From Antedon mediterranea (lineage: Eukaryota > Animalia > Echinodermata): a stretch of DNA of 64,000 nt. Below the pieces are notes generated by a model. The model ran no database searches. It was not told the DNA's origin and saw only the letters and a list, made by a program, of their open reading frames with translations. Positions 38,076 to 51,965 of the stretch are shown here, in pieces; the stretch's first letter is position 1, and each line of letters starts with the position of its first letter. The DNA is taken from positions 17,878,101 to 17,942,100 of the forward strand of contig NC_092677.1 of NCBI RefSeq assembly GCF_964355755.1. The letters run 5' to 3'. Made by a program: the position numbers and the translations under genes.

Positions 38076-41000
38076 AGGCCTGGATGGAATTTTACAATTC
38101 TTACACATTAGCTTATATTATCATATTTTACGTCTTTTTGAATAAACGTAGACTAGATAACCAATAGAATACTAATATTATAGTTTGTAAGTATTTTTGT
38201 TAATTGTATTTTAGATAGTTTTGTATGCCACTGAATCTAAAGTATTAAAGTTTTTTTTCTAAATTCATTCATCATCTTTATTGCAACATGTTATCAAATG
38301 GTAAGTTCATCCTCAATCATCATAAACAATTCCAAATATTATAACAAATAATTATTCTATTTGCAGATCAGTAAGGTGTTTTAAAATAGGATAACATTAA
38401 AATTAAAACTTCAAAATATATCGTTTGAAGTTGATGATAATTACATTTTAAATTTAAAATGTTTCTAGGCTAAAAGTTCAGAGAAACATATTTAAAAAAA
38501 AAAGTATCGATCAATTGAATCTGAATATGAATAAGAATAGAACAAAATAGGATATATTCAAATTTGACGAATAATTGGAAGATTATTCGGAAAAATTATT
38601 TGCATAATATGTAAAATATGTTTCCTTGTCATTAAGATACGGTTTAGTGATGAAAGGCGTTGCTGTGAAGATGAATGAACAACTATACCAAACCATAAAG
38701 TAGGAGAAAACAGATTACCACTAACCAATTTTTTCTTTTTTAAGTTTAAATAATATTTTATTTCTTTTACAATACTTTAAATTGTTGTTAACGTTTTAAA
38801 AATGAATTCTTTGTCTTGTGATTCTCATTTCAAACCTAGTCATATTGTTCGTTATAGTTATAATCATATACCAGTAATTTATTTAAATCTTTCTTTGTAA
38901 TTGAAACTATTGCTATCATGTATTATGCGTATCAGTAAAACAAAAATAATGTTAAAATTAAAAAAAAAAATCTTTTTCCATTTTACTGATAAAATAAATA
39001 ATATTTATTTCCATCTTTCCATTTAAAAAACTATACAAGTTATATGTGTGCTATCCTGTTTGTTTTGACATTGTAAATAATTCATCCATCATTTGAACTA
39101 CAAACATTTAGATTGAAATTCCCTGTGGTGTAAATATAAATATGTTTTTCTCATAACAATACGAAGAATTTGAATGTTGTAATTGTGCATGATGCGACGT
39201 TGAGTCGCCAATAAAACTCACTATTAAATACCCAAGTGTTAATCGATAGCTTATTGGGTTTCAAGACATAATTGGGGTTTTATAAAATGGGGTTTTGCAT
39301 TCATCCAAAAGATGTGTTGATATACGAGTCGGCACATAACCTACGTTTGATGCATCAACAATGCCGTAACGATTATTATTTATATCTTCGGGTGTACACA
39401 AATTCCCATAGTTCGCTGCCTACCCTTTGATGATCGCATCAACATTTCTGACAAGTGTTCATCACTTTGAGATCTTTATCAATATAGAAAATTGCGTGGA
39501 CTCTCTGGCTGATGTTATCCCTTTGAAAGTACGTTCTTAACTTATAATACTTTTGACATTCGAAATCTTGGTAAGTGTCGCCAGGAAAATTGTCAGTTTC
39601 TGCTTGATACAAACAGGTGCCTTAAAAGTTCTGTCAGAAACTATTTCGTTAATTTCTGCTTGGGAAAACTCGACAAATGTGATGTGGATACAAATGTATA
39701 TTGATGTCTTAAACTTTGTCCATGGCATTCAAAAGAAAGAAAGAAAGGGCGATTTGATTTTCAAATTAATCTGCTCTTTTAATAAATTCGTGAAACAAAA
39801 TATACTACACAAGGTAATTACTTTATTTCATGCACTCTCCTTTTCTGAAAGTTTATTTCAAACATACAGAGAATAGGCCTCTTTACCAAAGTCATAAGCT
39901 AATTAGTTTATATAAGGTATTGCATAATAACCTTTTCGCACTTTCCTAATTACATGTTGTTTATAGTCATTAGTAGTTCCAACCTAACTTTAAAATAAAT
40001 GTACACTCAAACTTAGGTATACATTTAGTTTATTTCTGTAAATTAAAGTGAAATACACAATTAAAAAACTAACAAGGCCAAATCATAACAATTTTTTCTA
40101 TTTCTTGTGCATCTTGTATATAAAATTTTCTTTCGTTTTTTTGTTTATAGATTCTGTTTGTAGAATCCATGCAATCAAAACGAATATAGAAGTTAAATAT
40201 TTTATTTTTTGCACAACATGCACATTTGAAAACTTGTTTTCTTGTTAATTTTAATTAAACGAAAGTTCGGTGTTTATATTTATAACTTTTGTATTTAGGC
40301 ATATAAGGTGTACAGCTTTTATCGATGTAAAGAAGTGTTTCTTTTATGAATTATTTGAAAGTTTAAACACTTTTAAATCAAACGGTTAAAATTCAGATTA
40401 CATTATTAAACCGTGGTAATTAGGCTATTACTACAGCATGTCTGAAAAATATTTTTTTAAGCAATTGTTCACATTTCGGTTTATTAAAATGATTAAAGGG
40501 TTGCTATAACAAAGACTTTGCTGTTCTTTTTTGTACTTATCACAAATTAATAAACAAAAAAATATCTCTGTTTTGATGTGATAAATAATGAAATTTACGA
40601 CTGTAAAAAAATAATAATAAAAAAACAATATTTATAAGATACAATTATGATTTATTTGAAAGATACAAAGAAACATCAATTGTAAACGTGTTATTGTTAC
40701 TTATGTTAAATTAAAATAATAACAAGAAAAACAACAAATAATTTTCTTTAACATTGTTAACGAAACATTGTTAAGTTAACTTTATTTATCGTTCATGTTA
40801 AATTAATTTATTAGGAGATGTGTTCATACTTGTTATTGTAATTCATAAGTCTATACATGTGTTCAAAGTAAACGCATTTTAACTGCAACACAGATTTTAA
40901 TTTCAAATGGCCTGTTCAGTATGACTGGGCGATCCCTTGAACCATATAAATGGCAAATCAAATATTGCTAATTCAAAATAAATATTTATGTCCAACATCA

Positions 41001-41540
41001 TTCTGAACAAACTACACATCGCACGCAATCACCCGAATAGACCTAAACATGAATTATTTTTTTGTAAACTACCGACCATAGAAATAGTTAAAAAGGAAAT
41101 TAATATGATTCAACACTATGTTTCGACCCCATCGAATTAGCTACATTGAGAATCAGGTTGGATAGAGACGTACGGATATGTGAAATGTTAAAAGGAAGGA
41201 GATTTGAATTTTATTGAAAGATTAAGGAAGTTTAAAATTATAGAGAATACGTAAATGGTTAAACCGAAATGTATCGGATTATGGTGATGTTGACCTAGTG
41301 ATTCAGTCTTATCAATATTGGTCAATAGTCCTAACTTGTGATATGTACTTATACCTAAAACTAATTCCTGCACTGATTATGTACGTTTAAGTAAAAAAAA
41401 ACAGTATATAATTTCATTTATAATATGTATATATTATAAACATACATAATATATTCCACCTAATTACATTTTAGACCTCTACTTGGTTCCATACTTGCAA
41501 CTTTCTTAAAACTTTTAAACATTTTCATAACTTTTCTTTC

Positions 41541-41869
41541 TTAAAGATGTATTGTCCCCACAAACGAGAAAAATGAAGATGAATAAAGTCAGACTTTGAA
41601 TAGCCAATTTTGCAGTTTAAACAGTTATTCACTTCTATCGAAAACATACACAAAACCAAAAATATTTACTTCACTTATACTAGAAGAAAAAAAACCGCTT
41701 CTATTTTATCATAAATGTGCTTCCGTTTGAATAATTTTTTTTTTTGAATATCAGTTTATTTAGGCAAATATTTTTTGTTCGATCCAGTTAATTATCAAAG
41801 TGAATAACTATTATATGACATTAAAATGGAATTTTCAAATAAACGAAATTATGTTTGTTTCCATCTTTA
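41541..41869 (+). mobile_element. Kolobok-like MITE
   Basis: TTAA-agatgtattgtcccc ... catct-TTAA. Confidence 0.55.
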
Positions 41870-41995
41870 ACTTTTCTGAACAATTGCAGATATCAAACCA
41901 TTTCTTAAATATACTCAGGCAGCGCTTGTCTGCTTTATAATTTTATTCTCAATTCTGATTCGGTACTCTCACTTGTTTCCAAAGCTACTGTTTTA

Positions 41996-42108
41996 CTTTT
42001 TAGTCAGGTGCAAACGCGACTCTACAGCTCAATATGTCGGTCGGTCGGTCGGTCGGTAAATACTAACTCAAATTTGAGCACGCGACTGCAGCCATATATA
42101 GCTTTGTC
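41996..42108 (+). mobile_element. Short Helentron-associated element (HINE/DINE-1-like)
   Basis: ttttagtc..acgcgact start, (GTCG)n microsatellite, 3' gcacgcgact subterminal repeat and ttgt end; same family as 51557-51965. Confidence 0.65.
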
Positions 42109-43977
42109 TTTTTTGGCAAACTAGTTTAGAGTTTTACAGAATGAAATAAACGATTACAAATATGTTAGTATTTAATGAATGTTGCAAATAGTAACAGAAT
42201 AAGATTAATTGTATCAACTAACAATATTTTCATTTGACTAACAATATGAACATTATTAACTTTGAAAATTGTAAAAATAAATGCAAAGGGGTGCGGTCTT
42301 GTTCTCTATAATATAATGGACGAGCCTGTCAAAAGATCTGGAAATAACATTTTGAGTAATCATGTTAAAAAATAAACAAACAGAGGCGGGTGTAATAAAT
42401 AAAAAATATTAATTAAAAACTATTATTATATTTATCACCAGTTACTTCTTCTAACCAACATTTATAAGACATGTGCGATGTAATTATAATATATAACGAA
42501 TTAGTAATAATTAGGCGTAAAAGGTTTTTCTATAAATAGGCCTATTATATATTTTTATCTCAAACAACCTCGAATTAATCTCACATTTTAAAACAATACC
42601 TTAATCGTAATAACCACCAGAGACTTCCAATCACAATTTATTATTTTTTTAAATCAATATTTATCTTAGCAAACACTCGGCCTTGTTTCTGCGCTAAATG
42701 TTTTACCCGATGAGCTAAAACGGGAAACACAGTCAGTTATTGAGCTTAAACAGCGAGACAGTGCTTCGTACAATGCGTTGACTGAACCACTTCTAATGTT
42801 AACTTAATTACTACATTTGTAGTTATTCTTTATACGATTCCATTACACTGTAATATGATGTTTACAATTCGTTTCAAAACCAATTATATACACTGTCGTT
42901 TTGACCAACATATTTAGCATATGGCCCAATCGAAAGTCGAATAAAACGATCAATGTCGCCATGGTATGGGAATATTGTAGCTAAGCCTATTAGAATTTAA
43001 AAAGTACACAACGCAATATGGAACAGCGTTTGATGGCGTGCATATGAGTGCGATTTGACGCTGAAGTAGTATGACCCATAATATTTACAAACTTATCAAC
43101 CTAGTTTAGCCGAAGTGTCAATCAAATCACTTTATAAGGAGATCAAACTTTAATAAAATAAATACTGATATACACTAAAAAAAGGATAATCATTTTTATT
43201 TTATAGGTATTATTCGAAATAGAACAAACAATTATCCAAGAAGCTATACTAAAACTGGAGTGATTTAAACTGCAACATTGCTAATTAAATTTTAGTTTTT
43301 ATGTTTTATGATTGTTGTTGAAAATACGATGCATTGTTATATATTCATATGAATACACAACTGATTATGTTAATCATTGCAATTAGCAAATACATCAAAG
43401 AAACATTTCGTCAGTTTAAAATATACCGTTTCCGTTATTACTGCCTAAAAAAGCATACGAACTAAGTGCGTGTAACAACTAAAGGCCTTTTCGTAGCTAA
43501 CAATTGTGAATAGTTCAAATAAAATCTTTTGCATTTAAAAAAGTTAATTTAAAGAGAAAACCGATTAAAATTACAAGATATTTTATAAACTTTTGAATTA
43601 GTTTTTATAAATGATTAATTGTATCGGGAAAAATAACATTGAAGAATATAATCAATAGCTAACAATGGTGAATAGGCTAATTGCCAGTCGATTTACCATT
43701 TAAAAAGGGTGTGTTTAATTAAATATAGACATACTAACGACTAATATTCACCGACGAAATACCATGACGTGTTACAAAGATCTGTTAAAAATCCACCTTC
43801 AAGAATTCGTTAAAATAAATAATGACCAATTTAACAGTCAACACCAAATAAATAGAAGTTGAATAAATTCCTACAAAATTTTGAAATTAGCTTATGTATA
43901 ATAGAATAATATTATCAAAGCATGGTTATTGTAGTTGATAAAGATAAACTGTTAAGCATTATGGAACAGCATCTCAC

Positions 43978-44040
43978 TTTGTCAACCACTGGGGACGACT
44001 GGAATGAGTCAGTGCATTGAAAAACTCCTCCAGCAAACAA
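43978..44040 (-). other. Candidate 63-bp internal exon
   Basis: tctttttctattttgcag| acceptor and AAA|gtgaga donor; two frames open (LFAGGVFQCTDSFQSSPVVDK or CLLEEFFNALTHSSRPQWLT). Confidence 0.4.
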
Positions 44041-45224
44041 CTGCAAAATAGAAAAAGACCTACAAATGTCATCGTCAATCATACAAGTTTAAACATTGTA
44101 TCTTACAAATAAAAAAAAAATATAAAATAGAAATATTATCATTATGATAACGTCACTTTACCAAACACACTATAAAAAGGAACAGCTTAATTCTGAGTAA
44201 ATAAAATGAGTAAACCGGAAAAAATCCAATTTTCATTTAGATATTTTGTTACGACTTAGAAAAAGAAATCGAAAAGATAATAATTTTTACTATAACTTAG
44301 AAAAAAGGTCTCGTTCAACTGCGCAGGACAGACAAAATGACCAAATCCCATTTTTCATATAACACCTGATAACAAGTTTAACTTACTAATAATGAACTTC
44401 TTTTGTATTTTACAAAACATGATTGATGACGTGTCATGGCAATAATATTATACTTTGAGATAGAATACAGACATTTACAAAAACAAGATAATAGAACTGC
44501 AATAAGCGATTGATTACCACCAGTTTGTATTAGTAGATATAATGTGTGTAGGTATAATAACGAACTTAAACAAAAGATATTTAGAATTCAAGTAAATAAA
44601 ATAAAAGAATAGAAAGAAAATAAATTGTTTATATATAAACACCACATTTTTTTTTTCAATAATATGTAGAAGATTAACCGTATTTCTTTCAGAATTTCTG
44701 ATTTCGCAAAAGTTGACTTTTAATGTAACTTTCCCACAAAAAAAAGTTTAAAAGAACAACGTTTATTTATAAGCGTAGCAATCCATGGTCATGGTACGAT
44801 TACATTATAATGTTGTTACATACTTTGATGATTTATGAGACCTACCTACTGAACAGAGGCTAAATGATGGGTAACATAACAACATAGTTTTTTGATACCA
44901 AGAAAAGTTCAACTAAAATGATCCGTACTCAGCTGAGGAATTCTATGCCTTGTACACAGTGTTCAAATAGAGAATAAAAATGTATGAATTTGCTGCAATA
45001 AAAAATCTATCATTCGTCGTCTATTGTAATACATATTTTAATTTTACAAAAAACTTTTGGTGAGTGGTAGATTTAGGAGAATTTTAAAAGCAACTTCATA
45101 TTTTAATGATAGATTGATATTCGTTGAAATTAGTATGCCTTTAATTGTGTTTAATAAAATAAATAAAATGTATTTAAAAAAATAGGAAATATTGATTTGA
45201 GTTTTTACATCTATTTGTTTGTTC

Positions 45225-45427
45225 TGGCGACAAAGAGAAGTAGTATAACAGTTAAAAAATTATTCTCTAATGAGAGAAGCCAATTTGGCAATTTTTTTCT
45301 CTTTAAATTACCACTTTTCAGGTAAATAATTTTGTTTCGATCTAATTTTTAATCACAGTGAAAAATGGTATATTCAACTAGTAACAAATGTAAAAAACAA
45401 TTTATTCATGGAGACAATATGTCTTTA
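45225..45427 (+). mobile_element. Kolobok-like MITE, 3' part
   Basis: gtttcgatc.aa.tttt.atca and ggagacaat..gtcttt blocks shared with 10779-11079. Confidence 0.45.
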
Positions 45428-48400
45428 TAAAGGCAATAATAGGCTATAATCAGTTTTAAAATAAATGCTTTCACCACGTCCAAAATAAAAGTTCAGGCCA
45501 GTGGAACATAACGATCTTTGCTATACATTATTTTGAGTTGGCATTGTTCTAAAATATTGTCTCGTTGTTACATAAATGATATTTCTGTAGTATCTGAAGG
45601 TCATTTATTAGAATAATATGTACTTGGATAACCATTTGACATAAGGATGCATGAATAGACCACACAACTTATCTTGAACTAGTTAACACTGTATATAACG
45701 TGCTTTGCGGAAGCAAGTTTAATATTACAAACTCATGTGAAAGAATTAATTATTGTGGCGTCTCTGATTTTTATTCATACTTCGATTTTCGATTATACAA
45801 TGATTAAGCTTGACGGTTTTTATGAAAAACACCATTTTCATGAATATAATATTGTTTAATACAAATGTATCCAGTTAACCGACTTTATACATTTTTACAC
45901 GGTGAAAAAAACATACGTTTGTACAATGTTTGACAATAAAACATAACGTGAATTTCAAGACGGATTAGATACATTTTAAGTATGAATGTTAAACGAAAGT
46001 ACATTCAGAAATTAAAGGAAATAACGCCAGCAGGAGGTAATAACTAAAAAAAGTTGCTTTGTACGAGATACAACATTAGGCCTATACAATGTAGCACAAC
46101 GAAGCACTATTAAGTGTAACTAAATATAAAATTAGACCAAGACACTTTACAAAAAGAGAAAAGAATTCATCATTTAGGATACAGTAAACCTCGATATACA
46201 GTACTAAATTAATTACTATAGTAGAAAAATGTACAAACACAAATAATATTTGCTAAAATTATGAAGAATCATTATTGAAAACTGAACAATATAATATTAA
46301 AAAGTCAATTTTTCGTTAAAAGAAAGTAAACTACATTCAACAGTTATTATCTTACATTTTAGTTATTTTTAGTGCGCCTATATTTTCCATTTGGTACATT
46401 TATATGTAGGAGGCCTGTTTGTTGTAAGATTTATTCCTCAAGTTTGCTCTTTGTATTGATTTATTATTGAACATTATTTTTATTGTTAATGTATTATTAT
46501 TCTTATTGTTATCATTCTAGAAGACCGTTTCTATTTTCCTATAATTTGTTGGAAATTATACAAGAAATACATTTTGAAAAATGTTTACTTCCTTTAAAGA
46601 AGTATTTGATTTAGAAAAAGTTAATATTACAAAATGTAAATACGATTTATGGAGATGTAGGTTAAGGATGTCTCAGAATAATGATTATTTTTGGTTATAC
46701 TTTAACCTGGTTTGACTTGTGTATTTAATTTGTGCATGTACCTTCTTTGAAATGAAATGGTAATAAATATCTTCTTGACTTGCCAAAGTACAAAAACAAC
46801 AAAATCTCATGATGCATCAGGGTAAAACAATTTGGAAAAATATAGCGAGTGTCATAGTTCTGGGATGTTATCTATGTTACAGTGTCTTCAGAGAGGGTAT
46901 ATATTCAGGTCGCAGCATGTTTTACCCATCGTTACAGAAAAGCCTTACCCTTATTGGGTTGCAATCTTTACAAACAAAATAACCTCATGTTCTGATTCTT
47001 TCAGTTACTCAATGATATGGAACCATTTTTTATTTGACTGACCTAATTCAGTTTCAATTGATCTAGTTTTGATTTCATTACACTGATATAGATTTCTAAT
47101 TTGACATGAAGATATCTACAACAGAGATTACTAATCGTGTTTAGTGGTCTCAAGATTCCTAATTTCTGGTACACAAACAACAAGAACAAGATGGAAAACA
47201 GAATATGTCTCTTTGCTGGATGAAATGACACGGTGTATTATTAAAATGGCTAGACAATTAGGCTGCCAGTCTCTATGAAATATTAATAACACAGCGAAAT
47301 GACAAATGTTTTCCGTACTGATCTATTAGATATAAGAGTGTAGAAAATGTAATGAGTAGATCTTTGATTTAATTTGTTATTAATGAATTCTACTTATGTT
47401 GCCACGTGTTTTTTTCTAATAATCTTAGCAGTTTGCTTGAATTAAATCGATTGACCTACATCGAAATAATTGCACACTGTAAAGCAACTTCATTTGTAAA
47501 TATGGCACACCCGGTCACTATCACATAATCTGCTAACGACATTATACATCGTTATACTTTGTTGATTGGTTCGTAATTAATGAATAAAGAAACTAAATGA
47601 GAAATGACACATTCACTTTGTGGATAGAGATATAATAATACATCAATATAATGTAAAACTTTGTAACTCCAATGTTAACGATTTTAACCTACTTTTCCTG
47701 TTTAAAGATTGTATATTTTGTACTTTAGACTTGTATTGACCAAGATTTACGCAAATATCTGCAGGAAGTCCAACAGAAACAAACATACTAGTACTGGCAC
47801 AGTATTTGAGCGTATGTAACAATTGTTATAACATACTTGTAAATCATGAATAAGAGATCGTAAAACTTTCTGGTAATTTTATTCAAGACTTTGAATACCT
47901 CCAATGAAACCAGAAAGCATTATTGGGAAGTTAAGTTAAAGTTTGTTCATTATATCATGTTCTGATTTAAATGTTAATAATGAATTTATAGTATATCATT
48001 TTAGGAAAGGAATTAGCATATGAATTGATGTTATGTTACTCTAGATACATGTGAAACGCATGTGATGTTGTATTACCAAATATTCCTATGATATTCGGTT
48101 TATAGATACAGTGCCGAGAATCGGCTGCCTAAAGACAACATTTAATATACAACGCCACTGAGTAATGGGCCTAGGTAACTTTGACCAATAAAATTACAAC
48201 GAGATGTTCACAAATTTTAAATACATAACCAAATAGATAAAAGTAATTTATAACAGATACACAATTAATGTGACTGATAGCGAGTACACAGAAAAACGTC
48301 AATTAATGATTGAGGTTTTTTGTTATAGTACCGATGGCGCCATTCTTAAACCAGACTATAAACTGTACCTATATTTATTATTAATATGATTTATTGCGCA

Positions 48401-49335
48401 AAATTATGAAACCAATAAGATTTTATTGATTACATTATTGGATATTATTACAATAGTTTATACAGCAACATGTGTTCTACAGTATTGGCTACGAAAAGGT
48501 GTTGGTAATGTACTGTACCATTAATGTGGGACAGAATAAAAGTGACTCTATAATTATAAGGATCTTTCGAATCATGGCTTCCTTCTCGTTATTTGTTAGA
48601 AGTTTTTATTTTAACATAACCAGTGCATCTATTGGTTAATTTAGGGTAGTTTTAGAATCTTGCAATGTTTATTTAACTGTTTTAGTTACTAGTGTTAATT
48701 ATTAATGTTTTGAAAATTTGCCCATCCTATTGTGTCGGTTAAAAATGTTTTTTTTTTATCACTATTTATTAAAAATTAAATATGGACAACAAATTAAATT
48801 AAATTAAATAGCTTTCTATTTTTCCAAAACAAATAAAGACAATAGTATTATGTTTTCTTTAGGTTATCATAAGCTATAATAAAAATAAAGGTAACATATA
48901 TAAAGCATGACAGCAGTAACTTAAAACTTAATTAAGATTTCCATTTGTACATAACTCACTAGGATATAACCCTACTATTTGAACTGTAGTTTAACATCCA
49001 AACATGAAACGACGAATAAACATCTGGTGATTAAGAACGGTGTCGTGAAACAACTGTTCTCAAGTTTAGTTATTTGTTAGAGTTAGTTTGTATTAGAGAT
49101 TGCTTATTACTTTACTTATTTCATATTGTAATCTAATTTGAGTAAATTTCGGGTTTTGTCCTGGCGATTTATTACACTAAATTGGTAAAATGCAAAAGCG
49201 ACTCATATTTCCTGATATATATTTACGCACACGATACTTAGGACGGCATCTCAGCTGATTGGAAACGTCGTAAGAAAACGAAGCTAATTTGTAACTCTCT
49301 CCGCGGTTCGTCCCATTACACAGTTTGAGCACAGT

Positions 49336-49833
49336 ATGGGAGACATACATGACATACCTTATGATTTGTGATATTTCATTGACTAAAAAGAGCCGGCAGC
49401 AGGGGCAACAATCTTGCGAACAGTGGCACCGATGTTGACGTGTTTTAGTAAGACAATCATGTTACAGCGGACCAACCGACTTTGTACGACACAAATTAGG
49501 AGAAGCTTGCAGAGAGGAAGGTTAAGAAAACATGTAATGCAGTTGTTTCCTGCGGTCTTCATTTTCCCTAACAATTCGTCCAGGTACATAACATCGGGGT
49601 TATTGACTTGTTACTACTGGGCAGACTTCAACCTTACAACCTGACGTACCTTTAGATTTTACAAGCTTACACCTGTAGTTATGTTGGGACACATAAAAGA
49701 AGATCATAAAGAAGATAAAAGAAATAATGATGAAGAAGTGATTGGGATGATGAGAAAGATAAAGATAGCGAATACAATAGATGATGGTGAAGTTGAATAT
49801 AAAACAGAAACACATATCTGTAGTTTATATTAG
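49336..49833 (+). pseudogene. Possible decayed Pol-beta-superfamily nucleotidyltransferase gene
   Basis: LKRAGSRGNNLANSGTDVDVF fits hG[GS]x9-13Dh[DE]h; later VHNIGVIDLLLLG in the same frame after a possible 63-bp intron (49521-49583). Multiple stops. Confidence 0.3.
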
Positions 49834-51556
49834 GAATACTGTATACACACTAACCTACAGCTGCAATTATAAGGAAGCAATTCTTTTCAATGTCTTCTCG
49901 TTTTCCAAATGAAGATATTAAGGAAATGAACAATTTCGATCTGTAAATTATCATATTATGGCTTTTATACATATCAGCAGAATTATGTTGTCCATGACCA
50001 TAATTACCAGTCAAGTGTATTTTATATATACATACACCACCCACAAATTTACAATATAAAAAAAAAATTGTTACCATCTTTGTCCAGGTGAATATTTAAG
50101 AATATTTATCAAATCAATTTGTTATATTGATTACAATGCAACACGTGACACATAGTTCTAACTAATATACTGTTGTATAGAGTTTTGTCACGACATTATT
50201 CCAAAAACCCTTAAAAATATCGCATTAGTCAAAAGAGTCAAATCAATCATTTGTCATTTTTCAAATTGATCGCAAAAGGACATGCTATTTGTTTTTCAAC
50301 CTATCCTGTTTTTCTTAAGTAAATTCACTATGTGGGTTTTTTTCTTATTTGTCAAGTATAGGAGCATGATCTTGTACAACGAGAAAAGTACGTGCAGTTC
50401 TATCAGTAAAGTCACGAACAGACCTAACCTCCAATTGATCACTTTATTACAAGAACATCAAATACCTATGAACGGAAATTATCCCTTTTCACAATGATAC
50501 ACTATGTACTACTTCGTGATTTTACCGAAAAAAATTCGAAATCCAAGAGGTAATGACAGTTCATGCTATTCTTTAATTTTGTTCCAACAACTTTGAAATT
50601 TAAGACGGTGGTTATAGATTGTGATTTCTGTTGGAAATATTGACATCTTAGTAGATGGGACACATTTGGTATAATAACGGGTCATATCAACAACGTTACA
50701 GTTTCGCAAAGGTTTGTTAGAGCAGGTCACGAACCTAATTCGATACAAGAGAAAATAAACCGAAAGAAAAACTTAACTGTGCGTCTCCCCTCTGGCATTT
50801 TGAAATGCATCAGTTCAGAAACACTAACCTGGATGTCATTTGACTAGAAATAAAGTCATGATTAAGTAAAAATGTATACATAATATTAATACCGCGGTAT
50901 ATGTATCTACATAGGTGATTTAAGATAACAAACAAATTACATTTTTAAAACAGATTTTAAGTAAATGCACTACCGAACGACTTGATTTGAAAGTTATGAA
51001 GATAACGATAAAACAATAAAAGAAATATTGCTCACAAAAACACAATTCCATTAGATTGTAGACTAAATTGTAGATATTTTAAAATATTACGTATGAGCTT
51101 TCTGTTTTTACTATTTTAAATAGAAAGTTAAACTGAATTTTTAAATTTAGAACTTACAATAAATTTTTATTAAAAAAATGATTCTAGATTCTAGTTACTG
51201 ATATAAAAAATTATATAATGTTGAATAAATATTTGATTACTTGTATAAATAATTTATACTTAACATTTGCATCTTGAACTAATGTATTTTTAATTGTTTG
51301 TTTTAGTTTCAATATTTGTGGCCCATGCAAGCGAAATCGGACATAAGTCGCATATGTAGGTTTGTAGGGACAATCACAAACAATAAAAGGCTGAAATTAC
51401 ATTTTTTTTTACTTTTAGGCCTACAGAAAATTATAGCTGAAACAGTATTTATTTACATTACCTTGGTGTTTTTCTATTTTGAGACAAATAAATGCATATA
51501 CATTTTAACATTTTGTGTGGTATGTTGGTTGAAAAAATGATGTAAATTATGTATGA

Positions 51557-51965
51557 TTTTTAGTCGCGTGGACGCGACTCAATAATTCACTATGTCGGTC
51601 GGTCGGTCTGTCGGTCTGTCTGTCGGTCGGGTATCACAATGCGTTTTATCGCTTTTCTGTACTTTTTGAACTGTTTTGATGTACAGACAAGTTTTAACTA
51701 TGTCGGTCGGTCTGTCGGTCGGTCGGTCGGTTGGTCGGTCTGGTATCACTTTGCGTTTTATCGCTTTTTCTGTACTTTTTGAACTGTTTTGATGTACAGA
51801 CAAGTTTTAACTATTTCGGTCGGTCTGTCGGTCTGTCGGGTATCACTTTGCGTTTTTCTGTACTTTTTGAACTGTTTTGATGTACAGAAAAGTTTTAAAG
51901 TACATTAATTTTTGAAAGTTCATTTTTTTTCTGAGAGCACGCGACTTATGGCCGTTGGCCTTGTT
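51557..51965 (+). mobile_element. Helentron-associated element (HINE) with three internal ~110-bp repeats
   Basis: 5' ttttt-AGTCGCGT gg ACGCGACT palindrome; (GTCG/GTCT)n in each repeat; 3' ACGCGACT subTIR (51939-51946), GGCC-gtt-GGCC stem-loop and ttgtt end. Confidence 0.8.

Noticed and set aside
40325-40340. Partial match to miR-1 (atgtaaagaagt); similarly a miR-125 3' half near 41330
   Set aside because: The seed regions are absent and I see no precursor hairpin.
49600-49815. Hydrophobic minus-strand ORF as a membrane protein
   Set aside because: It is the antisense of a purine-rich plus-strand segment that reads as a more natural acidic peptide.
51579-51803. ORF with PTDRPTDR repeats
   Set aside because: It is a translation of the (GTCG)n microsatellite in the HINE.
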